64,000 nucleotides of DNA from Ignavibacteriota bacterium (GCA_963787835.1 CAWBEI010000002.1:448001-512000), one strand, 5' to 3'; positions 1 through 10,250 are shown, counted from the stretch's first letter. Notes: a model not told the origin generated them from the letters alone. Numbers and translations are program-made.

Positions 1-129
1 CCAAGACCCTGGGTTCAACCACCGATGCCTCCACTTCCGCCTGGAGCAGTACCTCCACCCCATTTCCCAGGATCCCCCGGTAATATGCCACCACCACCAA
101 ATGGCGCGCCCGATACTACTCATCAATGA
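1..129 (+). CDS. 3' end of an upstream gene with a proline-rich tail (partial)
   Basis: Frame 1 is open from base 1 (PRPWVQPPMPPLPPGAVPPPHFPG...THQ*); its TGA overlaps the pyrK ATG (ATGA at 126-129). Confidence 0.65.
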   Translation, partial: PRPWVQPPMPPLPPGAVPPPHFPGSPGNMPPPPNGAPDTTHQ

Positions 130-923
130 ATGACCATCTTTTGTCCGAACGATCCCTCGTCACTCGGCGACGTGTGATCGCACCCGGCTTAGTGACCCTT
201 CGATTTCATAATCCACGAATTGCTCGCGAAACGTCCGCTGGCCAATTCGTCAATGTATTGCCTAAGATTGGATTTAGCGACCCAATGCTGCGGAGACCAT
301 TCTCCGTCTATTGGACCGAAGGCGACGAAGCCGAGATCATTGTGCAAGCACATGGACGCGGCACCGGAATTCTTGCCGAGACGCGTGAAGGTGAGGAACT
401 CGATGTACTCGGGCCACTCGGAAAGCCATGGATGTATAATTCGGCTGACTATGAGACTGCGATCCTACTCATCGGTGGAGTGGGCGTAGCTTCGATGCCC
501 ATGCTCACCCGCACGTTGGAACTAGAGGAATTGTCATTTCAAACCTTTTATGGAGCGCGAACCGCATCGCTCATTGCAAGGGATCGTCTCTCTAATCTAC
601 ACATCGCTACCGATGATGGGTCGGAGGGATTTCATGGATCGAACGTCATGCTCTTACGCTCCTATCTCGAAAAAGGAAGCCTGGAATCCCCAAAGATATT
701 CGCCTGCGGCCCAACAGCCATGATGCTCGCCGCCCAATTGCTGGCGGCGGAGTTTGGAATTCCATGCGAGGTCAGCCTCGAAACAGAAATGGCCTGCGGT
801 ATTGGAATCTGCCAGGGATGTCCCGTACGAAACGAGGAATCTGTGTTTGAACAAACGGGACGCCGATTCCGGCTTGTCTGCACCGAGGGGCCATCCTTCA
901 AGGCAGAGGAGATCGTCCTATGA
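126..923 (+). CDS. pyrK: Dihydroorotate dehydrogenase electron transfer subunit
   Basis: RRPFS FAD motif, GPLG, GGVG, CGP, and 2Fe-2S motif MACGIGICQGC...VCTEGP; coupled to pyrD. Confidence 0.95.
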   Translation: MNDHLLSERSLVTRRRVIAPGLVTLRFHNPRIARETSAGQFVNVLPKIGFSDPMLRRPFSVYWTEGDEAEIIVQAHGRGTGILAETREGEELDVLGPLGKPWMYNSADYETAILLIGGVGVASMPMLTRTLELEELSFQTFYGARTASLIARDRLSNLHIATDDGSEGFHGSNVMLLRSYLEKGSLESPKIFACGPTAMMLAAQLLAAEFGIPCEVSLETEMACGIGICQGCPVRNEESVFEQTGRRFRLVCTEGPSFKAEEIVL

Positions 924-1897
924 AAAAAGCTGCCTCGAACAACGGCATGACTGCACCTGATCTTAGCGTAAAACTTGGCAAGGTCACATTTAAAAATCCC
1001 ATACTCGTTGCAAGCGGGACCTTCGGGTATGGCGCCGAAGCGAAACAGTGGTGCGACATCGAACAATTAGGCGGCATTGTAACGAAATCCGTCAGCTGGA
1101 AACCACGCATGGGGAACCCTCCTCACCGGATTGTTGAAACAGCGAGCGGTATGCTGAACTCGATCGGACTTGCGAATGTCGGCGTGCATACGTTCGTCAA
1201 GGAAAAACTTCCCTATCTCGCGCAATTCGATACAAAGATCATCGCAAACATCGCGGCATCTTCGATGGAAGAATACCGTGACGTCCTCGAACATATCGAA
1301 GCAAATGCGGTGGAAAACCTCGCAGGATACGAGATCAACATTAGCTGCCCCAATGTAAAAGATGGCGGGCTTTCTTTCGGAACGAATGTCGAGCGAACGG
1401 AGGAGCTAACCACCCTGCTCCGAGCTTCCACCGATCGCATACTGATGATAAAGTTGACGCCAAACGTCACCAGTGTTGCGCCGTTCGCGCAAGCCTGCGA
1501 ACGCGCCGGAGCCGATGCCGTGAGCCTTATTAACACGCTTGTCGGAATGTCCATTGATATTTACACCCATGAACCACGGCTAAACACCGTCACCGGCGGA
1601 CTTTCCGGCCCGGCGATAAAGCCCATTGCGCTTGCTCAAGTATATCAGGCACGCAAAGCATGTGGAATTCCGATCATCGGGATGGGCGGAATAGTTACTG
1701 CTGAAGATGCGGTGGAATTCTTCATCGCCGGCGCAGACATGGTGCAGGTCGGAACTGCAAATTTTGTTTATCCTGATGCGGGCGTGCGCGTTGCAGAAGG
1801 TCTTGCAGAATTCATGCGAGTACAAAAGATCGAGGGAATGGGAGAGCTTGTGAATTCGCTCCGCGTGAGAGCAGATCTGAAGGCAGCGGGGTGGTGA
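920..1897 (+). CDS. pyrD: Dihydroorotate dehydrogenase, family 1B catalytic subunit
   Basis: NPILVASGTFG, NSIGLAN, NISCPNV, KLTPN, GGLSGPAIKP motifs. Confidence 0.97.
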   Translation: MKKAASNNGMTAPDLSVKLGKVTFKNPILVASGTFGYGAEAKQWCDIEQLGGIVTKSVSWKPRMGNPPHRIVETASGMLNSIGLANVGVHTFVKEKLPYLAQFDTKIIANIAASSMEEYRDVLEHIEANAVENLAGYEINISCPNVKDGGLSFGTNVERTEELTTLLRASTDRILMIKLTPNVTSVAPFAQACERAGADAVSLINTLVGMSIDIYTHEPRLNTVTGGLSGPAIKPIALAQVYQARKACGIPIIGMGGIVTAEDAVEFFIAGADMVQVGTANFVYPDAGVRVAEGLAEFMRVQKIEGMGELVNSLRVRADLKAAGW

Positions 1898-1941
1898 TTT
1901 AACATCGGGCACTATGACAACCATCAATAGGTTAGAATTTT

Positions 1942-2187
1942 ATGGACAGAGAACGAGAAGCCATTCGGGATGAAGCATTTGAACTCGACCCCGCAAGTCA
2001 GGCAATGCTTGCGGAGGAACTCGTGGAGAATCTTGCAAAAACTCCGAACATGACCGATTGGCTAGAAGAAGCTAAGCGCCGCCTCACAGCATACCGTCGA
2101 GGAGAAATGTCGACGGTTGATCCAGCTGAAACCTTTGCAAAGACGAAGCGAATGATCGAGGATGCTCGCCGCAGTGCACTTCGATGA
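1942..2187 (+). CDS. Addiction-module antitoxin (ParE/RelE partner)
   Basis: 81 aa, pattern L...QAMLAEEL...W..EAKRRL.AYRRGE; ATGA-coupled to a ParE-like frame. Confidence 0.8.
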   Translation: MDREREAIRDEAFELDPASQAMLAEELVENLAKTPNMTDWLEEAKRRLTAYRRGEMSTVDPAETFAKTKRMIEDARRSALR

Positions 2188-2476
2188 AGGTTAGAAATAC
2201 TTCGGCGGTCGATCAAGAAATCGTCGAAGCAGTTGCATTCTAACTAAACGAACATAGCCCTCAATCAGCAGCACGGTTTGACGATCTCCTGAAGATCGCT
2301 ATCCATGAAATTGAAGAGAGCCCATTTCTTTGTCCTATTCTCGATGAGAATGTAAGAGTAAAATTTTTGACTCCATTCCATTCTCGATTTTGTATTCTGT
2401 TGAAGAAACAGAGATAGTCATTATTGCGCTCGCTCATCAAAAACGAAAACCCGGATATTGGAAAAAACGTCTGTAA
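2184..2476 (+). pseudogene. ParE/RelE-family toxin, disrupted
   Basis: MKVRNTSAVDQEIVEAVAF* (TAA at 2241-2243), continues LNEHSPQSAARF...; after a frameshift near 2378 it reads SILYSVEETEIVIIALAHQKRKPGYWKKRL*, a typical ParE C-terminus. Confidence 0.85.
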
Positions 2477-2557
2477 GCTGTTTTATTCTTCGACTCCTTT
2501 AGAAACCACGCCTTCCCCCGCTCTGTTTAGCGCACTTCAATCTAAATAAAGGAAAAG

Positions 2558-3046
2558 ATGTCAAAACCTGTTGTCGGTATTATTATGGGGAGCGCGTCCG
2601 ATTGGGACACGATGCGCGAGTCCCACAAAATTCTGGAAGAATTCGGCGTGGAGCACGAGTACAAAGTGCTATCGGCGCATCGTGCCCCTGCGGCGGTAAC
2701 CGAATACGCCACGAAAGCACAAAAACGAGGACTGAAAGTGATTATCGGCGCGGCGGGCGGCGCAGCGCACCTTGCAGGCGTGCTCGCAGCACAGACCCTC
2801 CTTCCCGTGCTGGGGGTTCCCATTGAATCGCAGGCATTGAAAGGGATGGACTCTCTCCTTTCGACGGTACAAATGCCGGCTGGCATTCCTGTCGGAACGC
2901 TCGCCATTGGCAAAGCCGGAGCGAAGAATGCTGCACTCCTCGCAATTGCAATGCTTGCCACCACGGACGCTGGGTTAAGAGATAAACTGCAAGTTTACCG
3001 CGAAACGCAAACCAAAGCGGTGCTTGCCGCAAAATTGGAAGCCTAA
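2558..3046 (+). CDS. purE: N5-carboxyaminoimidazole ribonucleotide mutase
   Basis: [36 protein letters not shown]. Confidence 0.97.
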   Translation: MSKPVVGIIMGSASDWDTMRESHKILEEFGVEHEYKVLSAHRAPAAVTEYATKAQKRGLKVIIGAAGGAAHLAGVLAAQTLLPVLGVPIESQALKGMDSLLSTVQMPAGIPVGTLAIGKAGAKNAALLAIAMLATTDAGLRDKLQVYRETQTKAVLAAKLEA

Positions 3047-3050
3047 AATT

Positions 3051-3085
3051 AATTACGAATTTCAAATTACGAATTACGAATTTTG
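3051..3085. repeat. Heptamer tandem array (AATTACG type)
   Basis: AATTACG AATTTCA AATTACG AATTACG AATTTTG. Confidence 0.9.
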
Positions 3086-3754
3086 AAGCTCCAACTTTTT
3101 GCGGACGAACCGTACCTTCGGTCGTTTACAGACTATCTGTCCTCTATTCCATTGGTAGAACTCGTAAGCAGCGAGCCCGAGCTATTGCTCGATCTGAGTT
3201 TTATGGAACCCGTCGAAAAGGCCCGGTGGCTTTCCAAGGTTGAAACGAATGTCGCTATTATTTCAAACACGCTTACGATGAGCGCGACAACTGCTCAGAA
3301 CGCTTCGGGAAAAGATAATCGTATTATAGGCATGCCAATAGTGCCGCATTATTTCGAGCGGCAAAAAACAGTTGAATATTCATTCCCATTTGGCACGAAT
3401 GAGAAGAGCGATGGGGTCAACAAACTTCTGCAAGTACTTGGCAAGAGTGGCGAACAAGTAAAAGATGCTATTGCCGGAGTTTTTCCTCGAACGCTTGCCA
3501 TGATCGTCAACGAAGCAGCGTTCGCCGTGCAGGAATCCGTCGCAACCGCCGCAGATATTGACACGGCGATGAAGCTTGGAACGAATTATCCGAAAGGTCC
3601 CCTTGCATGGTGCGATGAAATTGGCGCAGAGGCCATCGTCGCTATGCTCGATGCGCTGGCCAGAGAATATGGCAGTGAACGGTATCGCGTTGCCACGCTG
3701 CTGCGACGCCATGCTGAATCCGGAATGAAATTTATCTCGACTTCTGCTGCTTGA
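3083..3754 (+). CDS. 3-hydroxyacyl-CoA dehydrogenase C-terminal-domain protein (like the second half of PaaH)
   Basis: RTLAMIVNEAAFAV..A.AADIDTAMKLGTNYPKGPLAW.DEIG; no GxGxxG motif; TTG start. Confidence 0.8.
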   Translation: MKLQLFADEPYLRSFTDYLSSIPLVELVSSEPELLLDLSFMEPVEKARWLSKVETNVAIISNTLTMSATTAQNASGKDNRIIGMPIVPHYFERQKTVEYSFPFGTNEKSDGVNKLLQVLGKSGEQVKDAIAGVFPRTLAMIVNEAAFAVQESVATAADIDTAMKLGTNYPKGPLAWCDEIGAEAIVAMLDALAREYGSERYRVATLLRRHAESGMKFISTSAA

Positions 3755-3760
3755 TTCTAA

Positions 3761-3785
3761 AATTCGTAATTTGAAATTCGTAAAT
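3761..3785. repeat. Heptamer array, inverted partner of 3053-3075
   Basis: AATTCGTAATTTGAAATTCGTAA (3761-3783) is the exact reverse complement of 3053-3075. Confidence 0.9.
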
Positions 3786-3793
3786 CTTAATTA

Positions 3794-4993
3794 ATGTCAC
3801 AAGCTTATATCATCTCCGCCTGCCGCACACCATTTGGAAAATATGGAGGCGCGCTAAAAGATCTGCGTCCTGATGACATGGCCGCGCTTGTTATGAAAGC
3901 CGCTGCCGAACGCGCGGGAATCGACGCAGCAGAAATTGACGATGTCATGTTCGGTTGTGCAAACCAAGCAGGTGAAGATAACCGAAATGTCGCCCGTATG
4001 GCTGCGCTGCTCGCAGGGTTCCCGGAACGAGTACCGGGAGTAACAGTTAATCGGCTATGCGGTTCGTCGCTGGATGCGATCATCCAAGCATCGCGAGCAA
4101 TAAAATTGGGTGAAGCCGATATTATCATCGCCGGCGGCGTTGAGAGCATGACGCGCGCACCGTATTCACTTCCGAAGAATGTATCCGGCGGAGCGGTTTT
4201 TGGAAACATTCCCGCGTACAACACCGCCCTTGGGTGGCGCTATCCCAATCCGCGTCACGAAGCAATGTTCCCACTCGAATCTATGGGCGAAACGGCGGAG
4301 AATGTTGCGGAACAATGGAATGTCTCCCGCGAAGATCAGGATGCCTTCGCATTCGAATCGCATCGCCGCGCCGTAGCCGCGCAGGAGCGCGGTGATTACA
4401 AGGATGAACTGCTCGAAGTAACGATCGAGAATCGAAAGGGCAAAACAGTTATCGCCCAGGATGAACAACCGCGTGCCGATACCACTCTCGAAAAACTTGC
4501 AACACTTAAATCAGCATTTCGCAAAGGCGGAACGGTAACGGCAGGAAACTCCAGCAGCTTAAACGATGGCGCGAGTGCTGTTGTGATCGCAAGCGAAGCA
4601 GTTGTAAAACGGCTTGGCATCGAGCCACTGGGAAGATACGTCGCAAGCGGAGTGGAAGGACTCTCACCGCGATGTATGGGAGTGGGGCCGATCTATGCAA
4701 CGCAAAAGGCGCTTAAGCAAGCAAAGTTGGAAGTAAAGGACATCGATCTTTTTGAGTTGAACGAAGCATTTGCTTCCCAAAGTCTTGCCGTTATACGAGA
4801 ACTTGGTCTTGACCCTGCAAAAGTAAATCCCAATGGCGGAGCTATTGCGATCGGCCACCCGCTCGGTGCAAGCGGCGGCAGGCTTGTCGGGGCACTGCTC
4901 TACGAAATGCGGAGAAAGAACCTGAAGCGTGGCGTTGCCACCATGTGCATCGGTGTGGGACAGGGTATCGCGGGAGTGTTCGAGAGAGACTAA
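3794..4993 (+). CDS. Acetyl-CoA C-acyltransferase (thiolase, PcaF/PaaJ-like)
   Basis: [41 protein letters not shown]. Confidence 0.95.
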   Translation: MSQAYIISACRTPFGKYGGALKDLRPDDMAALVMKAAAERAGIDAAEIDDVMFGCANQAGEDNRNVARMAALLAGFPERVPGVTVNRLCGSSLDAIIQASRAIKLGEADIIIAGGVESMTRAPYSLPKNVSGGAVFGNIPAYNTALGWRYPNPRHEAMFPLESMGETAENVAEQWNVSREDQDAFAFESHRRAVAAQERGDYKDELLEVTIENRKGKTVIAQDEQPRADTTLEKLATLKSAFRKGGTVTAGNSSSLNDGASAVVIASEAVVKRLGIEPLGRYVASGVEGLSPRCMGVGPIYATQKALKQAKLEVKDIDLFELNEAFASQSLAVIRELGLDPAKVNPNGGAIAIGHPLGASGGRLVGALLYEMRRKNLKRGVATMCIGVGQGIAGVFERD

Positions 4994-5287
4994 ATTTAAG
5001 CCTCCTGTAGTCGGTTTCGCCCTCTCTTGGAGTGGCACAGTCCTTGTGGCTTCATTACATAGCGTTCATCGCTGTATAGTCAAAATGAAAATGGTTAACA
5101 CAATCACCGCCGCGCCTAACGCATTGCGCCGCATCACGGCAGGTATTTCCTGATGCCGTGGAGTGCGGTCGGCCCGTTCACTCGGGCATTTCGCCGCTAA
5201 TGCTCTCCACGGGAATTCGTCCGGCTGATCTCACACGGCGGCCATTCCGCGAAAAGCCTTTTTTTTAATTTAATCGCAACACTCGTT

Positions 5288-5815
5288 ATGAAAACGAACA
5301 AGATCCTCATTGCCTTTTCCTTCCCATTCGTGTTTGCCGCGTGCGGCACTGCGAATGATGATAGCAAACTCACCCCTATTTCGCGCTGGGCGTTGGCGGT
5401 CAATGCGCGGGTGCATCCGCCAGCCTTTTATGAACCGGATCATTCCTATGAAACGATCGCAGCGCATTGGGGGAATATCGTCAAGAGCGATATGAATATC
5501 GCGTGGCATTATGCGAATCGACCGGAACTTATTAAAGACAGCACGGTCATTGAGCTAACAGGCGAGTATGTGAAGTCCGACAGTCTGCCACAGTTCTTCG
5601 AGCATCACATGGCTATGCTCGATACCGCAGAGAATGTTCAGCTCAATTACACGATCGACTACAGCCGTCAGTTTGCCAGCGATCCAAGCTACTGGGTGCA
5701 TAAACCGGTCACAGAACATTCTGTCAATGAACACAAAGCGGAGTTAACGGCCCTCCGAACTGCACTGTCGCTTCACCGTCAGGTAACGGAGATGAACGAA
5801 ATGGCGGAACGATAA
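5288..5815 (+). CDS. Hypothetical lipoprotein
   Basis: MKTNK, hydrophobic stretch and lipobox FAAC. Confidence 0.75.
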   Translation: MKTNKILIAFSFPFVFAACGTANDDSKLTPISRWALAVNARVHPPAFYEPDHSYETIAAHWGNIVKSDMNIAWHYANRPELIKDSTVIELTGEYVKSDSLPQFFEHHMAMLDTAENVQLNYTIDYSRQFASDPSYWVHKPVTEHSVNEHKAELTALRTALSLHRQVTEMNEMAER

Positions 5816-5856
5816 TAATGAGCTAAACTAAATACCGAAGCTCTGTAAATAGCGAA

Positions 5857-5894
5857 GCTCCGATAGATGCGGCTAATGCCGCTCCTATCGGAGC
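5857..5894. terminator. Hairpin between convergent genes (probable bidirectional terminator)
   Basis: GCTCCGATAG..GCGGC TAAT GCCGC..CTATCGGAGC. Confidence 0.7.
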
Positions 5895-5917
5895 CTTTGC
5901 AACAGACGAACGATCAC

Positions 5918-7234
5918 TTACTCGAAGTGATACACGTCCCTCTTGGACTTGCCTTCGGGTCCCATTAGCACGAACGAGAGCTTGTGGAAATACTCCTTTG
6001 CGGCCTGCTGTACTTGTGCGGCAGTAACTTTTTCGGTTTCGGGCACGATCTTGAAAAAGATCCTCCAGTCGCCAGCTTCTACTTGATCCGTAAATAGAAT
6101 TTGTGCTTGCCGCAGGTTTTCCTGCGCTACATAATAGAAGGTCGTGATGCGCCCTTCTTTTGCGTGCCGCAGATCGGTCTCTGACACTTGGTTATTTTGC
6201 AGTTTTCGTAGTTCGTCGAACACAACATGCGTGGCAGAATCTGGCAGCACCGATTGCAATGAAATGGCAATGTCGAAGTTGGAATACGTTCCGTTCGGGT
6301 AGGCTCCGGGCGAGTAGGAAAGATTTCGCTTTGTGCGAACCTCATCGAACAGCCGCGCCTGAAGAATTTCGATCATAATACGCTCGGCCCACCAACTCGG
6401 TTCATTCATGGTCGTGGAGGAAGCGCGCATGTTCACATAGGTAGTCGGGAAATCCGCAGGCTTGGGAATGAATTTGAACGCATCGTGTACCGGTGTGATC
6501 TTTTCGACCTTTGGCCACGCGAAATCACCCTGCGGTAATGATTCCAGCGCGGCAAGTTTCGCCTCGACCTCTTTTCGTGAAACATCACCGACGATCACCA
6601 GCACCATGCGCGAACGTTGGAACTGGCTGTTACGGTATGCCTGAAGATCGCCGATCGTGATGTTAGTCACTTCCTCTACGGTGGAGACTTTATTCAAGCG
6701 GGAATTTCCCTTCCAGATGCTATCGGCAAGAAATGCCGAATAGCTCTCGGGATCTGCATCGCGGCCTTCGATGCCCTTGATCGCTTGCTCCCGAATCTTC
6801 TCCGCTTCGAGCGTATCGAAATGCGGATGCGTCAGAAGGTCGGCAAAGATATTCCACGCTGAGTTAAAGCTCGGGCGGATCGTACGCAGCGTGAAGGACA
6901 TCTGATATAGATTGCCGGAACCAGCGATCGTTGTCGAAAGAACGGCGAGCGAATCGCGGTACGCGGATTTCGGGTACTTATCGCTGCCACTCTGTGAAAT
7001 GAGCATAGCAGTCCCTCCGGCAAGAGATGTGTTATCCGTTTCGTTATACGCAAAACCGCCCTGAAATCCAAGGACTGCGCCGATAACCTGATTCGCGTTC
7101 GTCGTGCGAAGAATAACATGAATACCGTGGCTGGTAAAATCCTGCACATCGTTCGGTGCTTGCGCCGAAGCATCGTTGGCGATGGTTGCGAAGGCTATAA
7201 GCGAAGAAAGAATGATGAGTGTTAACGTTTTCAT
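5918..7234 (-). CDS. M16 (pitrilysin-family) peptidase, non-catalytic subunit, exported
   Basis: Signal peptide; RLFDEVRTKRNLSY (R/Y pair); lacks HxxEH. Confidence 0.85.
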   Translation of the reverse strand: MKTLTLIILSSLIAFATIANDASAQAPNDVQDFTSHGIHVILRTTNANQVIGAVLGFQGGFAYNETDNTSLAGGTAMLISQSGSDKYPKSAYRDSLAVLSTTIAGSGNLYQMSFTLRTIRPSFNSAWNIFADLLTHPHFDTLEAEKIREQAIKGIEGRDADPESYSAFLADSIWKGNSRLNKVSTVEEVTNITIGDLQAYRNSQFQRSRMVLVIVGDVSRKEVEAKLAALESLPQGDFAWPKVEKITPVHDAFKFIPKPADFPTTYVNMRASSTTMNEPSWWAERIMIEILQARLFDEVRTKRNLSYSPGAYPNGTYSNFDIAISLQSVLPDSATHVVFDELRKLQNNQVSETDLRHAKEGRITTFYYVAQENLRQAQILFTDQVEAGDWRIFFKIVPETEKVTAAQVQQAAKEYFHKLSFVLMGPEGKSKRDVYHFE

Positions 7235-8628
7235 TGTAAAAGGTCCTCCGCTTTGAGATTGAGTTTATCGAGCGCTTCCTGATTGGTGGTTACGCCGAGC
7301 ACGTATGGTTTTCCTTCGATCCAACGATTGAGATAGCGGTTGATGTCTGCGCGGGTAACTTTCTTCGCATTTTCTATATAGTGAAGATAATAGTCGAGTC
7401 CGGCGGAAGCCCACCATAGCGGAAGGGAACTCGTTGCGAACTCGGTTGCCGAAGCCGTTTCATAGATACGGTCGCCTTCCATGATGCGCTTGGCGGTTGC
7501 AAGCTCCTGGTCGGTATAATAATCGGGGTCGGTCCAGTGCGGAATCTCTGCCTCAATGGCCTTGATCGCTTTCTTCGTCGCATTGATCGGTAAATACCCA
7601 GTGATCGTGATCGGGCCGACGTTCTTTTCCGAGAACCATCCCGAATTCACCTGATACGCAAGCCGTTTATCCACCAGCGCCTTCTGGAACTTGCTGTTCT
7701 TCTGATTGATTATGGTATGGAACACGTCGGCTGCATAGCTATCGGCATTGTCTTTGCCGAGGCTCGGCCCTTGCCAGGTCATATCAATTTCGGTATAGGG
7801 CATCTCGGCTCCCTCACGCACTACGAGCTGCTTCTTGATCGGAGGGAACGGAGGTGGATCGTATTTCGGAAACGGCGCAGGGCCGGCCGGCCAGATCTTC
7901 GGGCCAAAATATTTTTCTGCCTCTTTATACACTTCCTCTGGCTTTACATCACCTGCAACGATGACGGCCATGTTGTTGGGAATGTAAAAGCGATGCTGAA
8001 TGGTATGCATCATCTCCGGCGTAGCGGCAAGAATGGCCGGACGCAACCCAAGCTGCTGCTTGCGGCTGAATAATTCCGGCGACCACACCGCGCTATCCAT
8101 GGCATAACGAAGCTTGAAATCCGGTTGAGCTTCATTGCGATCGAACTCGCCGAGGACAACGTGCGTCTCTTTCTCAAGTTCGGTCTTATCGAAGAGCGGC
8201 GTGCGAATGGCGTTGGACATGAAATCCATGCCGCCTGCCATATTACGGCTCGGAATAACGATAAAATAATTAACGTGCTCCTGATTCGTCGTGGCGTTAC
8301 TCACGCCGAGCGAGCCTCCCAGATCCTCCAGGCCATTCATAAATTGCTCCTGCGAGGGCAATTTCTGGTTCGCCTTGAAGAACATGTGTTCATATAAATG
8401 CGAAAGGCCGTTGTATTCCGGCGGCTCGGTGAAGCTGCCATTCTTCGCGACGAACTCGATTGTCACGAGCGGCACCATGTGGTTCTCGATGACGATCACA
8501 TCCAGCCCATTGGCCAGCGTTTTTTCGACAAAAGGAGCGGACTGTGCATTCGCATTACTCGAAATCAGCATTCCCATTAAAAGGAGTGCTCCGAGAATAC
8601 ATGCCCAGCAATATAGTCTATGGGTCAT
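7231..8628 (-). CDS. M16 zinc peptidase, catalytic subunit, exported
   Basis: GLSHLYEHMFFK (HxxEH), NATT; signal peptide from the Met at 8628 (ORF track starts at 8679). Confidence 0.92.
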   Translation of the reverse strand: MTHRLYCWACILGALLLMGMLISSNANAQSAPFVEKTLANGLDVIVIENHMVPLVTIEFVAKNGSFTEPPEYNGLSHLYEHMFFKANQKLPSQEQFMNGLEDLGGSLGVSNATTNQEHVNYFIVIPSRNMAGGMDFMSNAIRTPLFDKTELEKETHVVLGEFDRNEAQPDFKLRYAMDSAVWSPELFSRKQQLGLRPAILAATPEMMHTIQHRFYIPNNMAVIVAGDVKPEEVYKEAEKYFGPKIWPAGPAPFPKYDPPPFPPIKKQLVVREGAEMPYTEIDMTWQGPSLGKDNADSYAADVFHTIINQKNSKFQKALVDKRLAYQVNSGWFSEKNVGPITITGYLPINATKKAIKAIEAEIPHWTDPDYYTDQELATAKRIMEGDRIYETASATEFATSSLPLWWASAGLDYYLHYIENAKKVTRADINRYLNRWIEGKPYVLGVTTNQEALDKLNLKAEDLLQ

Positions 8629-8688
8629 ATTGTTAGGGGGTTGTGTTAAAAGCCGGTTTGAAACAGGGCAGCAAAGCATAAGATTCTC

Positions 8689-9471
8689 TTACTCTTTCAA
8701 TGCGGCCGGTCCGTGAAGCACGAACTCGAACCCATCAGGGGTGTGGCTCATCCCGCCAGAATAGGGATGATTCATTTCCGCGATCAGGAACAGGGTGACA
8801 GCTATCATCGCGGCCAGAAATCCGGTGATCAAATATTGCGACCACGGATGCGTTGAGGCAAACATATAGGTGAAGATGATGCAGACGATTCCGCCGCCCA
8901 TTAGGAGTATCCACATGATGGACGGCATCTTGCCATAAATTCCGATGATGCGCATGCGGCGGGAATCGTTAAAACTTGAAAGTTCATGCAGGGCTTCCCT
9001 ATAATAATCCTCGTCAGCGGGCGCCGGACGAAACGCATAAAACGAGTTCCATAATTTTTTGGATTTCGAATACGTCAAAGAATCGGAATGCCCTTGTGCC
9101 ATCGCGGGCCATTCACGCTGGATGACGGAATTTGCATAGTCGTTCACTTCCTCTGTGATGGCCTTCGAAACGGAATCGGGAAATGCTTTCGAGAGCTGCC
9201 TGATATTACCGAGGTGCATGGCCTCTTTTTCGGCAACGTCGTCGGCGCTTTGATATTGTTCCCACACCACCACAACCACGAACGCGAGCAGCACGGCATA
9301 GATCACTCCGACAACGGAATAGACATATCCGGCAACGTCGTGGGAATCCCGAAGCCGCTGCTTATCCGCGAACCGATGAAAGAGCGCAAGCCCACCCAAG
9401 GAAAGTGCCGTTGCAACTAATGCGGACAGTGCCGCAAGAACGATCAGAGGTAATGAAGAAAGAAAATTCAT
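8689..9471 (-). CDS. Membrane protein, DUF4239-like
   Basis: VGVIYAVLLAFVVVVVWE, Y..SVI..EWPAM, four TM segments, C-terminal HPYSG. Confidence 0.8.
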   Translation of the reverse strand: MNFLSSLPLIVLAALSALVATALSLGGLALFHRFADKQRLRDSHDVAGYVYSVVGVIYAVLLAFVVVVVWEQYQSADDVAEKEAMHLGNIRQLSKAFPDSVSKAITEEVNDYANSVIQREWPAMAQGHSDSLTYSKSKKLWNSFYAFRPAPADEDYYREALHELSSFNDSRRMRIIGIYGKMPSIMWILLMGGGIVCIIFTYMFASTHPWSQYLITGFLAAMIAVTLFLIAEMNHPYSGGMSHTPDGFEFVLHGPAALKE

Positions 9472-9645
9472 ATGGATGAGTGAAAGAAGAATCGCCGGGT
9501 TAACTCCGAGGCTGAATTGGAAGTTTCAGATGATGCCTGAGTGAATGAGATAATATGTGGATAATATATGTGGGTACGAAAAACCTCCCGAATTAGAATG
9601 CTCTTGGAAGATGTGCACCAATGTCGTTAGGAAAAAGGTATTTGT

Positions 9646-9670
9646 TGAAACAGAGGCTACCGTGAGCGTA
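9646..9670 (+). promoter_or_regulatory. ECF (SigW-like) promoter
   Basis: TGAAAC-N15-CGTA directly upstream of an ECF sigma gene, consistent with autoregulation. Confidence 0.55.
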
Positions 9671-9713
9671 TAATCCACACGAACATTACAATAATCCTTC
9701 TCACCTTTCGTCT

Positions 9714-10250
9714 ATGAACGCGAAGATGGCTGCTGTACTAACTGTGAACGATCTCGCCGGGCCGAACGCCGGAGCGATCCTGGCCGATGGCCGGGAGTCG
9801 ATCCTGAAATTCGTTCGCTCGAAGGTTCGCGATCTCGATACCGCTGAGGATATCGTGCAGGACGTGCTGTTCCAGATGGTCCGGGCGGTCGATGCTTCGG
9901 AAACGATCGAGGATATGGGGGCGTGGCTGTACCATGCCGCGCGCAACCGCGTCATCGATTGGTACCGCAAGAAAAAGCACGACCCGATGACCGACGCGAT
10001 CGAGCAAACAGCGGTCGCGGAAAAAACCGGCGGCGACACCACGCTGATGCGGGAAGAAATTTGGGGAACGCTAATGACGGCGCTCGCCGATCTTCCTGAA
10101 AAACAGCGCGATGTGTTCGTAATGCATGAACTCGAAGGATTCTCCTTCAATGAGATCCAGGAGATCACCGGCGAAAATCTGAACACGCTGTTGGCACGGA
10201 AGCGGTACGCTGTCCTCGCGCTTCGAAAGAAGCTGAAACATCTGAGATAG
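9714..10250 (+). CDS. ECF RNA polymerase sigma factor
   Basis: AEDIVQDV, WLYHAARNRVIDWYRK, LPEKQRDVFVMHELEGFSFNEI. Confidence 0.93.
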   Translation: MNAKMAAVLTVNDLAGPNAGAILADGRESILKFVRSKVRDLDTAEDIVQDVLFQMVRAVDASETIEDMGAWLYHAARNRVIDWYRKKKHDPMTDAIEQTAVAEKTGGDTTLMREEIWGTLMTALADLPEKQRDVFVMHELEGFSFNEIQEITGENLNTLLARKRYAVLALRKKLKHLR

